From a virus: a stretch of 64,000 nucleotides of DNA. A model generated the notes under the pieces. The model was not told the origin of the DNA. It made no database searches and saw only the letters and a program-made list of their open reading frames with translations. Of this stretch, positions 50,444 through 61,800 are shown piece after piece (within the stretch, counting starts at the first letter, position 1; each line of letters begins with the position of its first letter). Both the position numbers and the translations under genes were made by a program. Location: IMG/VR virus record IMGVR_UViG_3300017917_002759, positions 1 through 64,000 of that record, one strand, 5' to 3'.

Positions 50444-53167
50444 TTAATAACTTTGCGCCGATGCTAATACAGTCCATGTACCGCCAGATCTAATAAATGA
50501 GAAAGAAAATATCTGTCTTCTACTAGATACTGCTGAGGGAACAATATTATTAGCCCAATTTATGGTTTGATTTACCCCTGCGATTTGAACAGCAGTCGGT
50601 CTTCTACCAGTAGCACCTTGCACGATTATCAACACCGCGGAATAGCTATAGTTGTTAGTAGTTGGTACATTAGTAAAGTTTGCGGTAAAATCTGCAGATG
50701 GGTTAGTATGTAGAAAAATTGCTCCAGCTGCCCAGTTGTGTGTAACTGTACCAGTAGCTGCGTTAATAGTCTGAAATAATTCTGCAGTTTGTTGTATTGT
50801 AGCTGTGCCGGTTGTAGTGAATGAAGTAGAAGTTAAAGAGCTAAATGCACCTGTGCTTATAGTTGTAGAACCTATAGGTGTATTTTGAATACTTGCACCA
50901 GCAATCGCTCCCCCTACATTTAATGCACCACTAATACCTACACCGCCGGTTACTACTAACGTACCTGTAGTAGTCGAAGAGGATGATGTATTTTGTGTGA
51001 ATGTTACTGCGCCGCCAGCACTAAAAGCACTACCAACATTTAATGCTTGACTGATTCCAACACCACCGGTTACTACTAACGTACCTGTACTGGTACTTGA
51101 AGAATTTGTTCCGGCGGTAAGTGTTACTGCGCCGTTAGCAGCTACCGTAGTAAAAGCTCCGGAACTTCTAGTAACAGAACCTATAGGCGTGTTTTGAATA
51201 CTTGAAGCATCGATAGTGCCCCCTACATTTAAGGCACCGCTAATACCAACTCCCCCAGTAACGGTTACTGCACCTGTTGTAGTAGAAGTCGAAGCGGTGC
51301 CGCTGATAAATGATGAATCACCACTTACAGTACCGCCAGTAAATCCCGGAGGATCACCCCATTCTGGAGGTAAAGAAGTTCCTCTAGATGTTAAAACCTT
51401 TCCTAGAGAACCATAATCTGTTCCATCGAAACTAATAGCTCCTGTATTATTGAACTGTAGCTTAATAGTGCCTATACCGTCAGCAATAATAACATGACTA
51501 TTCAATCCATTAATTCCAGAACCACTATTTCCTCCAATAATAACATTGTTATCACCGGAAAGTATAGCACTGCCTGCTAAGTATCCTATGGCTAAATTTG
51601 CCGCACCTTGATGTAATTTTAACGCATCGGTGCCTATTCCAATACATTGACTTCCTGCAGTTTTATCTGCCATTACAGAATTACCGATAGCGATATTGTC
51701 GTTACCGTCTGTGTGTTGGCCAAGAGTAGAAAACCCTATAGCGATAGCGTTAAACCCGCTAACATTTGAACCTAAAGGAGCATTGATACCGGTGCCACCA
51801 CCGATCGCTACGTTTTGTGCAAACCCCGAACCAATGGCAGCTCCGTTGCCAAATCTAATACCATTAAAAAATCCGTCGCCGCCCGCATACAAACTTCTGC
51901 CAATACCAACACCGCCTGTTACACGCAAAGCACCTGTGGTGGTAGATGTCGATGCTGTGGCATTATTAACAAATATTGTACCAGAAATTGTACCACCATT
52001 AAAACCGCCAGATAATGATGTTAATACAGCACTTCCGCCGGAAAATATAGTTCCGCCTACATACATCGCACCACCGACTCCTACACCGCCTGTTACGGTA
52101 AGAGCACCCGTGGTAGTTGAAGTTGATGCAGTTGAAGAAGTTACATTAATTGCGTTTGGAACTGTTCCGCCCTGGAAAGCACTAGCCGCACCATCAACAT
52201 ATTGTTTATTAACTGCATCTGTAAGTTCAATAGGGGCAGCTAAATTCGTTATTCTGCTGTTTTTAACATTAATATCGCCGGGTGTTTCTATAATAAAATC
52301 TGAACCAGTCCTTAAAGTGAATACTCCTAAACCATTATCAAAAATTTCTGGGACAGCCAGACTTACTCCAACAACTGCACCACCATTGACTAATAAAGTA
52401 TTATCGACTTCTAAATTGTTATCGATAATTACATCATTATCAACAGTAATATTTGAAGTTTCTAGAGTATTAGTATTAGATATCCATTTAAGATTAATTC
52501 CAGCAGACGATAGGACATTTCCGTTAGAATCATATATTGGTAATTCACCAGTACTGCCATTCTCGATAACCCCGGCAGCATCTAAATCAATAGCGGCAAT
52601 TGAATTATCAACATAAGTTTTTACAGCACTTTCTGTAGGAACAGCGGTAGGCGAATTATCGACCATAAGAGCGTCTGTGCTGAATTCTGTGATTTCGGCT
52701 CCTACTTTAAACTGTATAGAATCCATATTCGACAATACAGTTAAATTTGCAACGGAGTCAGCCGTTAGTAGCCCTTGTGCATTAATACTTAGACCTGCTC
52801 CGATTTTTACCGTTCCTAAGGTAGTAGCGGTAGCTACAGTGTTAAAAGCATTCTGAACGTCAGTGAGAGTAGCAATATTTGTAGGAAGAGGAAGATTCGT
52901 AAGCTGGCTTCCGTCACCAATGAACGCTTGTGCTTGGAGAGTCTTTGATCCAAAATTTACAGTACCGCTACCGCCGCCACCGCCTCCGGAAATATTAGCT
53001 AGATCAGCCCGCAACAGGGGAAACCCGCCGGGCTGCTCTCCATCATAGATTCTGATCGTTTTTTCGTTAGAGTCGTAGTATATTTCACCGCTGTTAAACG
53101 AATTTACATCGAGAAATTCGTCAATATTGGGTCTTAATCTAATTGACCTTTCTATATTCCCTGCCAT
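50444..53167 (-). CDS. Tail fibre-like protein with STSTTTGAL.V.GGVG repeats
   Basis: GEIYYD....IRIYDG..PGG N-terminus, EFSTD......S..AVPTE.AVKTYVD, DAVNKQYVD, and N.AIG (YadA-like) repeats; GTAAATA upstream. Confidence 0.75.
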   Translation of the reverse strand: MAGNIERSIRLRPNIDEFLDVNSFNSGEIYYDSNEKTIRIYDGEQPGGFPLLRADLANISGGGGGGSGTVNFGSKTLQAQAFIGDGSQLTNLPLPTNIATLTDVQNAFNTVATATTLGTVKIGAGLSINAQGLLTADSVANLTVLSNMDSIQFKVGAEITEFSTDALMVDNSPTAVPTESAVKTYVDNSIAAIDLDAAGVIENGSTGELPIYDSNGNVLSSAGINLKWISNTNTLETSNITVDNDVIIDNNLEVDNTLLVNGGAVVGVSLAVPEIFDNGLGVFTLRTGSDFIIETPGDINVKNSRITNLAAPIELTDAVNKQYVDGAASAFQGGTVPNAINVTSSTASTSTTTGALTVTGGVGVGGAMYVGGTIFSGGSAVLTSLSGGFNGGTISGTIFVNNATASTSTTTGALRVTGGVGIGRSLYAGGDGFFNGIRFGNGAAIGSGFAQNVAIGGGTGINAPLGSNVSGFNAIAIGFSTLGQHTDGNDNIAIGNSVMADKTAGSQCIGIGTDALKLHQGAANLAIGYLAGSAILSGDNNVIIGGNSGSGINGLNSHVIIADGIGTIKLQFNNTGAISFDGTDYGSLGKVLTSRGTSLPPEWGDPPGFTGGTVSGDSSFISGTASTSTTTGAVTVTGGVGISGALNVGGTIDASSIQNTPIGSVTRSSGAFTTVAANGAVTLTAGTNSSSTSTGTLVVTGGVGISQALNVGSAFSAGGAVTFTQNTSSSSTTTGTLVVTGGVGISGALNVGGAIAGASIQNTPIGSTTISTGAFSSLTSTSFTTTGTATIQQTAELFQTINAATGTVTHNWAAGAIFLHTNPSADFTANFTNVPTTNNYSYSAVLIIVQGATGRRPTAVQIAGVNQTINWANNIVPSAVSSRRQIFSFSFIRSGGTWTVLASAQSY

Positions 53168-53220
53168 CCTAATTTCCTCTATATGTAATATTTACCCTTT
53201 TCAGCAAGGGGTAAAGATGG

Positions 53221-53481
53221 CTAATATTTAGGTATTTTTTGTTCTAATTTTGCTCTTATGGATTGCAGCTTTGTTTGCAAATCGTCTGATTGTGTTTTAT
53301 TGGCTAGTCTTTCAGAAATTAATAAATCAAAATTTTGATCTATTTGTTTTATGAGCATGATATATTGATCATAAAGACTTTTTAACTCTGATTTAAGGGC
53401 TCGATCGTTAATTTCTTCAATAGCATTAATATATCGATCTTTGTCTTTTTTAAATCTTGGATGATTTTGTATAGTTGTCAT
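53221..53481 (-). CDS. Hypothetical coiled-coil protein
   Basis: 86-aa ORF coupled to the upstream gene (ATGA overlap). Confidence 0.6.
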   Translation of the reverse strand: MTTIQNHPRFKKDKDRYINAIEEINDRALKSELKSLYDQYIMLIKQIDQNFDLLISERLANKTQSDDLQTKLQSIRAKLEQKIPKY

Positions 53482-53864
53482 ACCTTTTCCTCTAAGATTA
53501 AAACTGTTTCTATTTTCGCTTGCGTAATTTTATTTGTAAGAGTGGATTTCAAGCCAGTGTGTAGATTTTTGGGAAGATTTTCTAAGTTACACCAGCATAT
53601 GGTAGAAATTAATGGTCTAAAAAATTCTTCATTTACTAGACAGATATATGTAGAATATTCAAATCCCATATCTTGACTTTGATATAGTTCGACAGGAATC
53701 AATCTCGATTCTTTCCCAACAGTGTCAATTATTAATTCTTTCGAATCTTCAAATACTGATTCTTTTCGTATAAATGTGGGAACGGTCCATTTTGAATCTT
53801 CTAGAATTAAAAAAATTCTAGAAGTTTTTTTTGAAATAAAGAGAATTCCGGCACGTTTCTGCAT
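53478..53864 (-). CDS. Degenerate NUDIX-fold protein
   Basis: Start MQKRAGILFIS; F.Y.TY.C.V.EEF and W.....LPK.LH.GL patterns; the Nudix box is eroded. Confidence 0.5.
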   Translation of the reverse strand: MQKRAGILFISKKTSRIFLILEDSKWTVPTFIRKESVFEDSKELIIDTVGKESRLIPVELYQSQDMGFEYSTYICLVNEEFFRPLISTICWCNLENLPKNLHTGLKSTLTNKITQAKIETVLILEEKV

Positions 53865-53875
53865 GCCAGTACTTA

Positions 53876-55303
53876 TCAAGGATTTAAGTCGAAACTCCAA
53901 TATCCGGCTGCATATTCGCCTTCGAAGCTTTTGAGCCACTGACCGTCTTCCCATTTATATTGTATTAAAGTTTTGATGTTTTGAACATATTCGATACTAC
54001 TGCTACTAGATGATTCAAATACTATGCTCCAAGAATCTGTGTTAGAGTTCCATTGTATAATATCATTAGCCGAAGCAGTAAATCCGTTACCGTCGCCATT
54101 TTTCCATGCTTCGATATTTTCTGGAATATCTTCTAAAATTAGATACCTAGTTCCGTTTGGAATATTATTGTAGCCATTAAAAGCCGAAATCGGATTGAAT
54201 GTTGTAGGATTAATAATAGCATCAACCGGCGACAATGTGTTTGTAGGCACGGTGTCTGCATCGAGTGTTACTTGTAAAAATGTCGAATCTATTTCATTAA
54301 TAACAAAAGTACCTACGATTTCAGCTCCGCTAGGCTGAAGGAATCTTATCTGACTGATCGCCGGTGTGAAGCCCTCGTATTGATCTAAAACAACAGTCCA
54401 ATCTAATCTTTGACCATGTTTAATAGGAATATTTAAACCAAGGTCAGAAACCGCTTCGTTGGGATTCAGCACACTGACATTGTAGAGTTTATCACTAAGA
54501 TTTCCAGTATCTGCTTTTAATAACAGCACTCCAAATCCTCCCGGAGTGACTCTTACCGCACCAGGATTAGGATCAGGTCCGTCTATATAATTAAATGCTA
54601 ATTCAGATAATGGTTTTAATTGACCATCATCACTAAACATGTTCATAATAATGTTTTGTACAATACCGAGTTTTTTAACTTTAACAGGGGGACTGATGTA
54701 TATAGGCATTTCAAAATCTAAAGTACATATATCAATCTCAGATTCAGTTCCTGCGGGAATGGATCTTCCTGTAAAAGTTGTATTGATCATATCAACGACA
54801 CTGAGACTAGTCCAATCGATATAATTATCAGTGGTCTGTACTTCGAGACTGGGATTAAACAATACTAAAATTTGTTCTAGTAACTGTAATTTTTGATCTG
54901 TATTACTAGTCCAAATATCGGCTCTCATAGTAAGCTTGAAAGGTGTAGGCATCAATCGCTCTACAGTATATCCGCCACCTTGATTATTACCATATACTGG
55001 ATCACCGTTGTCATCGAATTCATAATTTCTTTCTCTGATATTAACCTTGCTGACATAGGTAGCATCGGATAATCTAGTCCTGTCTAATTCTAATCCTGTA
55101 ATATAACAGGCTATCTTAGGCACACTGGGTAGTTTGTTTTCGCTATTTTCTTTGATAATAGCTGCAACTTGTCTGGTCATATCCCCGTAAGTAACAGGAA
55201 CCAACTTTTCAGTTCCATCGCCAGCTCGATATTTAAAACCGATGAAGATTCGCATAAACTGAGTTACATATCTTCTTATCTGACCGTCATAAAAGAAATC
55301 CAT
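53876..55303 (-). CDS. Tail terminator / sheath stabiliser (T4 gp15-like) with C-terminal extension
   Basis: FFYD.QIRRY..QF.RIF, VPV.YG, P.PF.L....DIW....DQKLQ.LEQIL.LFNP. Confidence 0.75.
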   Translation of the reverse strand: MDFFYDGQIRRYVTQFMRIFIGFKYRAGDGTEKLVPVTYGDMTRQVAAIIKENSENKLPSVPKIACYITGLELDRTRLSDATYVSKVNIRERNYEFDDNGDPVYGNNQGGGYTVERLMPTPFKLTMRADIWTSNTDQKLQLLEQILVLFNPSLEVQTTDNYIDWTSLSVVDMINTTFTGRSIPAGTESEIDICTLDFEMPIYISPPVKVKKLGIVQNIIMNMFSDDGQLKPLSELAFNYIDGPDPNPGAVRVTPGGFGVLLLKADTGNLSDKLYNVSVLNPNEAVSDLGLNIPIKHGQRLDWTVVLDQYEGFTPAISQIRFLQPSGAEIVGTFVINEIDSTFLQVTLDADTVPTNTLSPVDAIINPTTFNPISAFNGYNNIPNGTRYLILEDIPENIEAWKNGDGNGFTASANDIIQWNSNTDSWSIVFESSSSSSIEYVQNIKTLIQYKWEDGQWLKSFEGEYAAGYWSFDLNP

Positions 55304-56547
55304 TATTCATCCGCCTTTGGTCTTAGGGCTTTACTCAAGCTCTGCTTTTCTTTAACTTCTTTACCGTTAATGATAGTAGAATTATCATTGTTGATAAAAG
55401 TAGATTTTTGATTCTGTCTTACTTCTTTGCCCTCAAATGGTTTACCGGTGCCTGTATCGCTGGCCCCTAGATTGCTCATAGTCATCCTTACCTTGTCCTC
55501 GTACTTAACCCATCTGCGTCCGTTAAATCTAAATAATCTCTGAGGTGTATAATCTGTTCGAAGATGGAATTGTCCCTCTACTGCGGTCATCGGAAAAGTT
55601 ATACCGCTGGTAAATGGAGCACCGTTCGGTGGAACAACATCTTCGTGATAGTTATCGTACCCGTCTTTTGTTGGAGTGTCCATAGTTGAGCTAGCATCAA
55701 TTATCTGAATAATTGTTCCATCCGGACCTTCGACACTGGCAATACTAGAATCTAGTACTCCACTATCTGTGGTGACTAATTTAGGATTACCGTGGTCATC
55801 TAATGGCACAGTATAATACATAGAAGTATCATACCCGCTTCTCGGAGCATCCAATTCGGCTTGATCAAGGACCGCCTGAGTAATTTCTAATTCTTTAGCA
55901 TATGTACTCATTATATCTCTAAGTGTAAATTCAGATTCTGTACCATCACAATTTTCTTGAACCTTGTCAAGGATATCTTTGAATTCTTGACTATCAACTA
56001 ATGGTTTGCATTTAGCACGATATAAATGAGGATACCATGTAGATGAAAATCCCTCCGCTGCTCTATTAACTTCTTCGATTACATAGAATCTTTTTAATGC
56101 AAAAGTAAAATCGTTTAGGGCAAATTCATCTTTTAAATGCGGGAGCTCTATAACGTCTCCCGAAATCATTTTTCTGCCGAGTTTTTCCACAGTGTCGTTG
56201 ATATGGAAAGTTATAAAAATAGTATCATTTTGTAAGAACAAACCAAACTGACTTAGATTAAAGTCAATGTCTTGGATGTTATAAACTCCTCGCAACACAT
56301 AAACGTCCGGGTCATATTTACGATCTCTGTTTTCTAAGAACAGCATATCTTGTATTTGAGTAGGATTTTTAGTATCGTAAAACGGAGTGGTAGGTGTAGC
56401 TTCGTCAGTTGATGTTGGACCACCGGGACCTATATACTTGTGGATCAGCACATCAGTGCCGCCTACTTGGAACATTTCCCAGACGGTTTTATCTATAAAT
56501 TTGTAGTCATTGCCCTTTTCTGGGCGATATAGCGAAAGTCTTGGCAT
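55303..56547 (-). CDS. Neck / head-completion protein (T4 gp14-like)
   Basis: Start MPRLSLYRPEKG (ATG 56547); DFNLSQFGLFL.ND..F, GDVIELPHL; divergent from the gp13-like gene. Confidence 0.7.
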   Translation of the reverse strand: MPRLSLYRPEKGNDYKFIDKTVWEMFQVGGTDVLIHKYIGPGGPTSTDEATPTTPFYDTKNPTQIQDMLFLENRDRKYDPDVYVLRGVYNIQDIDFNLSQFGLFLQNDTIFITFHINDTVEKLGRKMISGDVIELPHLKDEFALNDFTFALKRFYVIEEVNRAAEGFSSTWYPHLYRAKCKPLVDSQEFKDILDKVQENCDGTESEFTLRDIMSTYAKELEITQAVLDQAELDAPRSGYDTSMYYTVPLDDHGNPKLVTTDSGVLDSSIASVEGPDGTIIQIIDASSTMDTPTKDGYDNYHEDVVPPNGAPFTSGITFPMTAVEGQFHLRTDYTPQRLFRFNGRRWVKYEDKVRMTMSNLGASDTGTGKPFEGKEVRQNQKSTFINNDNSTIINGKEVKEKQSLSKALRPKADE

Positions 56548-56580
56548 AGTACTATATTTACCGATGTAATAAATACTAGC

Positions 56581-57339
56581 ATGAGCCAATTAGATCAAGA
56601 AAAACAGAAAGTCTATGATTACTGTCGCTTAATGCTGGGCGACGGTATGACTGATGTTGAGCTAGACCCAGCACACTACGAAACAGCACTACAGCGATCT
56701 TTAGCAATATTTCGACAAAGAGGCGATAATTCTGTAGAGGAAAGCTTCGCATTTTTGACCCTCGAAAAAGACAAAAATGAATATATCTTGCCCGAAGAAA
56801 TACAAACAGTTAGAGAGATATATCGTAGAAGTATAGGATCTAGAAGTGGCGGCGGCAACGGTGGCACAGTATTTGAACCCTTTAACTTAGCCTATACAAA
56901 TACCTACTTACTTAGTTCTACTAACATGGGTGGTCTTGCTACTTACGAGCTTTTCGCAGGTTATCAAGAGCGTGTGGGTAAAATGTTTGGTAGTTTTATT
57001 AACTTTACCTTTATTCCTGAAAGTAGAAAGCTGATCATAATGCAGCGTCCTAGAACACAGGAAGAAGTAATGTTATGGGTTTATAATAAAAAACCAGACG
57101 TATCAATATTAACTAACGTGTATTCAGGACAGTGGATCAAAGATTATAGTCTAGCAAATTGTAAAATTATGCTAGGACAAGCCAGAGAAAAATTTGCAAG
57201 TATCGCAGGACCCCAAGGCGGAACTGCGCTAAATGGAGCAGCACTAAAATCCGAAGGACAAGCCGATCTTGACCGATTAACCATGGAATTGGTAACACAA
57301 GTATCTGGAGGACAAGGCTATAGCTTTGTAATAGGTTAA
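56581..57339 (+). CDS. Neck protein (T4 gp13-like)
   Basis: LG....DVELD..HY, WIKDY..A..K..LG.AR.KF..I.GP.GG..LNG..L..EG. Confidence 0.8.
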   Translation: MSQLDQEKQKVYDYCRLMLGDGMTDVELDPAHYETALQRSLAIFRQRGDNSVEESFAFLTLEKDKNEYILPEEIQTVREIYRRSIGSRSGGGNGGTVFEPFNLAYTNTYLLSSTNMGGLATYELFAGYQERVGKMFGSFINFTFIPESRKLIIMQRPRTQEEVMLWVYNKKPDVSILTNVYSGQWIKDYSLANCKIMLGQAREKFASIAGPQGGTALNGAALKSEGQADLDRLTMELVTQVSGGQGYSFVIG

Positions 57340-57677
57340 TGAAAGCTTCGGAATTTATATTTGAATCCGACGAGGAATATTACACTGAAACCGCTAAAAT
57401 GGTTTGGGGAGTAGGAAAACAAACTACTCGAGGTGGTAAAGCAAAATTAAAATTTCGATGTACTACAGGACAACGTGCCGGGAGACAAGTAAGTCACCCC
57501 AGTAAATGCCATCAACAATATGATGTAGCACAAGCTCAAAGAATGAAAACCACTAGAGCTCGAACAAAAACACAACAAGCTCGCAGACAAACAAGAACTA
57601 AATCTATCAATACTGCTAGTGTTTTAGCACAAAGGCTCAACACCGGCAAACCAAAAACTCCAAAACCATATTATTAA
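57339..57677 (+). CDS. Small basic protein with capsid-targeting-like N-terminus
   Basis: MKASEFIFE followed by a K/R-rich body with a Cys pair (FRC...C). Confidence 0.6.
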   Translation: MKASEFIFESDEEYYTETAKMVWGVGKQTTRGGKAKLKFRCTTGQRAGRQVSHPSKCHQQYDVAQAQRMKTTRARTKTQQARRQTRTKSINTASVLAQRLNTGKPKTPKPYY

Positions 57678-57678
57678 C

Positions 57679-57707
57679 TTGACCTTTTAGATCATAGATC
57701 ATATAAT
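57679..57707 (+). promoter_or_regulatory. Sigma70-type promoter for dNMP kinase
   Basis: TTGACC (57679-57684), 17-nt spacer, TATAAT (57702-57707); GGAGG SD at 57717. Confidence 0.8.
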
Positions 57708-57726
57708 ATCTTTATTGGAGGATATT

Positions 57727-58368
57727 ATGATCATAGGTATTTGCGGATTTATTGGCAGCGGCAAAGATACAATCGCTGACTATCTTGTAAATTCTCACGA
57801 ATTTCGAAGAGAAAGTTTTGCTTCAACTCTCAAAGATGCTGTAAGCGCGGTGTTTGGATGGGACCGAACACTGTTAGAAGGGCGTACTAAGGAAGCCCGA
57901 GAGTGGCGGGAGCAAGTAGATCCGTGGTGGGCTAAACGACTTGACATGCCCACACTAACTCCTAGATGGGTACTGCAATATTGGGGTACAGAGGTGTGTC
58001 GTAAATCGTTCCATGATGATATATGGATCGCTAGCCTAGAAAACAAACTCCGCAATTCTAAAGATCATGTGGTAATCTCAGATTGCCGGTTTCCTAATGA
58101 AATACAAAGTATTCGTAATGCTGGTGGCAAAATCGTATGGGTCAAACGTGGTCAATTGCCTGACTGGTATGATGATGCGGTTTCTTTAAATAAAGGCCCC
58201 AACGGAAACATGACCTGGGCCGGAGCAAAAACTAGATTAGAACAGCTTAAAATACATGCTTCGGAAACAGCATGGGTTGGTACAAAATTTGATGCTGTAT
58301 TGGAAAACGATAGCAGTATTGACGATCTATATAAAAAAGTAGAGCAGTTAGTTAAAAGTCAGCCATAA
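57727..58368 (+). CDS. Deoxynucleoside monophosphate kinase (T4 gp1-like)
   Basis: IIGICGFIGSGKDT P-loop, FA..LKD, TPR.VLQ.WGTE, ISDCRF.NE, HASE. Confidence 0.92.
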   Translation: MIIGICGFIGSGKDTIADYLVNSHEFRRESFASTLKDAVSAVFGWDRTLLEGRTKEAREWREQVDPWWAKRLDMPTLTPRWVLQYWGTEVCRKSFHDDIWIASLENKLRNSKDHVVISDCRFPNEIQSIRNAGGKIVWVKRGQLPDWYDDAVSLNKGPNGNMTWAGAKTRLEQLKIHASETAWVGTKFDAVLENDSSIDDLYKKVEQLVKSQP

Positions 58369-58687
58369 GATCGCCTTGCTTCCATTTAATTCCTTCTTTG
58401 GCTAACACACGTTGGCAGTTAGCGCAGACTGTTTTTAGATTACTAGGCCGACAGTTATTTAGATCCTCATCCACATGATATACAGAGAATACTTCCGGAT
58501 GACTTGATTTAAAACCGCAGCGATCGCATTGATTCTTCTTTCGATAACCTGCACGATACCATCTAGGAATCCCATGATACTTTCCGTTTCTTAGACATAT
58601 CTCACACAACGAACGATAGTATATCCTTCCCTGTTTCTTATAATTAATCGCAGCAGGCCTTAAACCGCATTCACATAGTGGTCTCAT
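58352..58687 (-). CDS. Zinc-binding HNH endonuclease-like protein
   Basis: Start MRPLCECG; CxxC pairs; H.D....N....NL..VCANC. Confidence 0.75.
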   Translation of the reverse strand: MRPLCECGLRPAAINYKKQGRIYYRSLCEICLRNGKYHGIPRWYRAGYRKKNQCDRCGFKSSHPEVFSVYHVDEDLNNCRPSNLKTVCANCQRVLAKEGIKWKQGDLMADF

Positions 58688-58803
58688 AATTATATTTAAA
58701 GAAACCTGCCCTTTTCTTCCCCTTTTCTTCTGGTAATAACGGTGTATTTTTATCAAAAGCCGCTAAATATCTATACGAGATTTAACCATCAGGAGATAAC
58801 GGA

Positions 58804-61800
58804 ATGGCCCTACAATCACCCGGCGTACAAGTTACGGTAATTGACGAGAGTGTATATACTACTGCGGAAGCAGGTACTACTCCTCTTATCGTAGTTGCTA
58901 CAGCACAGAATAAAACAAATGCCAGCAATACAGGAATTGCTCAAGGCACACTAAAAACTAATGCAGGTCGTGCATATAGAATTTCAAGCCAAAGAGAACT
59001 AGTTGATGTCTTTGGCGTACCCACATTTAAAAAGACTGCTACTGGTGCTCCAATCCACGGCGGCGAGCAAAACGAATACGGTCTTCAAGCAGCTTACAGT
59101 TTGCTAGGTGTAACTAATTCGGCATTCATCGTAAGAGCAGACATCGATTTAAACGAATTAGCACCGTCCTCAACTGCACCAGGATCTGAACCAGCAGATG
59201 GACAGTGGTGGTTAGATACCGCAGCTACAACATATGGAACTTTCGAATGGGATTCCAGTGCAGCTAGCGATGGCGGACAACGCTTTGTTAATAAATCTCC
59301 TATTGTATTAACACTCGATGATGCTGATAATTTAAACAATCCTACAACTAATCCTACTCCTAAGGCCAACGTAGGAAGAGTCGGTGATTATGCTCTAGTA
59401 GCATCTACTGATGTAATAAGAATCTTTTACAAAGGTCAAGCCTACGGTGAAGGAACTCCTGTTTGGGCATTAGTTGGAAGTCAGCAATGGAGATCATTCT
59501 GGCCCGCAGCTGAGCTCGGTGTTGCTGGCAATAATTCCGGTACTATTACAATGACTATCGGTTTAGGCTTAGATAATGCAGACTTAACATCAATCACAAT
59601 CAATCCAAATTCAAATGCTACCGCAGTTGCCGCGGCAATCGGAAGTCTAGTAGAAGGTGTTGTTGTTAGAGCAGTATCTAGCACACAGTTAGCGGTCTAT
59701 GCAGTAGGCAGTGATAATGATCCTGACACAGGACTAGGTCAAGACGATTCCACAGCGTTCCAAGTTTTAAGAATTGGCGGTTCAGGAATCGATTCTGTAT
59801 TTCCTTCAATAACAGGTTCTTCTAAAACATTTTATCTCCCAGATTTTAGTATGGGACCTCACACAGCAGTCCCACAGTGGAAAGAATCAACTAATTCTCC
59901 TCGCCCAACAGGTTCTGTATGGGTCAAGACTACAGAACCAAATGCAGGTGCTCGCTGGAAAGTGAAAAAATGGTCTGGCTCTGCTAAAATTTGGCAAGAA
60001 GTATCTGCACCATTATACGGAACTAGCCAAGAAGCGATCTTCAGACTAGATCCTTCTAAGGGCGGACTAGGTATTCCGCAGAATTCTGTTTATGTTCAAT
60101 ACAATTACGAAGAAAATACAGGTTATGATACTGATCCGGCGACTGCTACATTTAAAATATTTTACAGAAAAGCAGTTGGAATTTCTTCAATAACCTCAGA
60201 AGCAGTTACAAGCATTACTGCTAAAGAGTATGTTTTAAACATAGCTGAAAGCGTAGTAGGCAACAAAAACCTTTCTTCAGCTGTTGAAGTAACTGTCGGT
60301 AGTGATAGTCCAGCAACAGCACCGACTGTTTCTCAAATCGTCGAAGCTATTAATGCAGCCGGTCTAGTTAATGTCGAAGCTGTGTTGTTGTCTAATAATA
60401 GAATTTCTATCAGACATAATACTGGTGGTGAAATCAGAATCGCAGACCAAGATGACCTATTTGGCGAACTAGAATTAGACACTGCCTATACTTCAAATCT
60501 TTACAGCGATCCTAGCGGAGCTTTTGATTATATCGTAAGCAGCTGGGCTCCATTAGCCGGAAATTACGAAGCTTCTAATACTTCACCAATTAATGATCCG
60601 GTAGATGGCCAGTTATGGTATTCTAGCAGAATTGACGAAGTTGATATTATGGTCCATAACGGAACAACATGGAAAGGTTACCGTCAGATTTATCCAGGTA
60701 CTGATCCCAATGGTCCTATTATCAGTGCAACTCGTCCGACTACTTACAGCGACGGATCTACAAGCATTGCAGGTAATCCTAGCGCCAATGGCCAACTATG
60801 GATCAGCACTGCTGACTTAGAAAATTATCCAACGATTTATCGCTGGAATAACGATACACAAAAATGGGATCTAATCGATAAAACCGATCAAACTACAGAA
60901 AACGGTATTATTTTTGCAGATGCTAGAGCAGGAACTGATGGAGGCACTACCTCTACAGCGCCAGAGGGTACTATATCAGAACTTCTCGACGACGACTTTT
61001 TAGATTTTGATGCTCCAGATCCTACTTTATATCCACTGGGCATGTTACTATGGAACACTCGTAGAAGCGGATTTAACGTTAAACGCTATGTGGTAAATCA
61101 TGTTGATACCGATGCTGACAATGCCTTAATGAACGAAGGAATGGATACTTATTATCCAAATCGTTGGGTAACAGCTAGTTCAAATCAAGAAGATGGTTCA
61201 GGAAGTTTTGGACGCAAAGCACAACGTAAAGTCGTTGTTGAAGCTCTTAAAGCAATGGTTGATACCAACCAAGATATCCGCGAAGAAGAAAGTCGTGCAT
61301 TTAATTTGATTTCTTGCCCAGGATATCCTGAACTACTAAGCAACTTAGTTGGACTAAATCTTGATAGAGGAACCACAGCATTTGTTGTTGGAGACACTCC
61401 GTTCAACTTAACTAGCGATACAACTTCATTATCTAACTGGGGTAATAATGCAGATGACGCATTAGACAACGGTGATAAAGGTCTTGTAACCAGAGATGCT
61501 TATGCTTCTGTGTTCTACCCAAGCGGTAGATCTACAGATAACACTGGCAGTGAAATTGTTGTTCCAGCAAGTCATATGATGTTACGTACAATCGCTCTAA
61601 GCGATCAAGTTTCATACCCATGGTTTGCACCAGCAGGAACAAGACGTGGTGGTATTACTAACGCTACAGCAGTTGGATACGTTAATAGACAAGACGGTGA
61701 ATTTAAAATCGTTTCTTTAACCGAAGGTCAGAGAGATGCTTTATACAACGTCAGCATCAACCCAATTACATTCTTTAATGGTGTTGGTCTAGTCAATTAT

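Noticed and set aside
53191-53215. Inverted repeat TTTACCC/GGGTAAA as a terminator
   Set aside because: Imperfect stem without a clear U-tract; it overlaps a late-promoter motif and its function cannot be supported.
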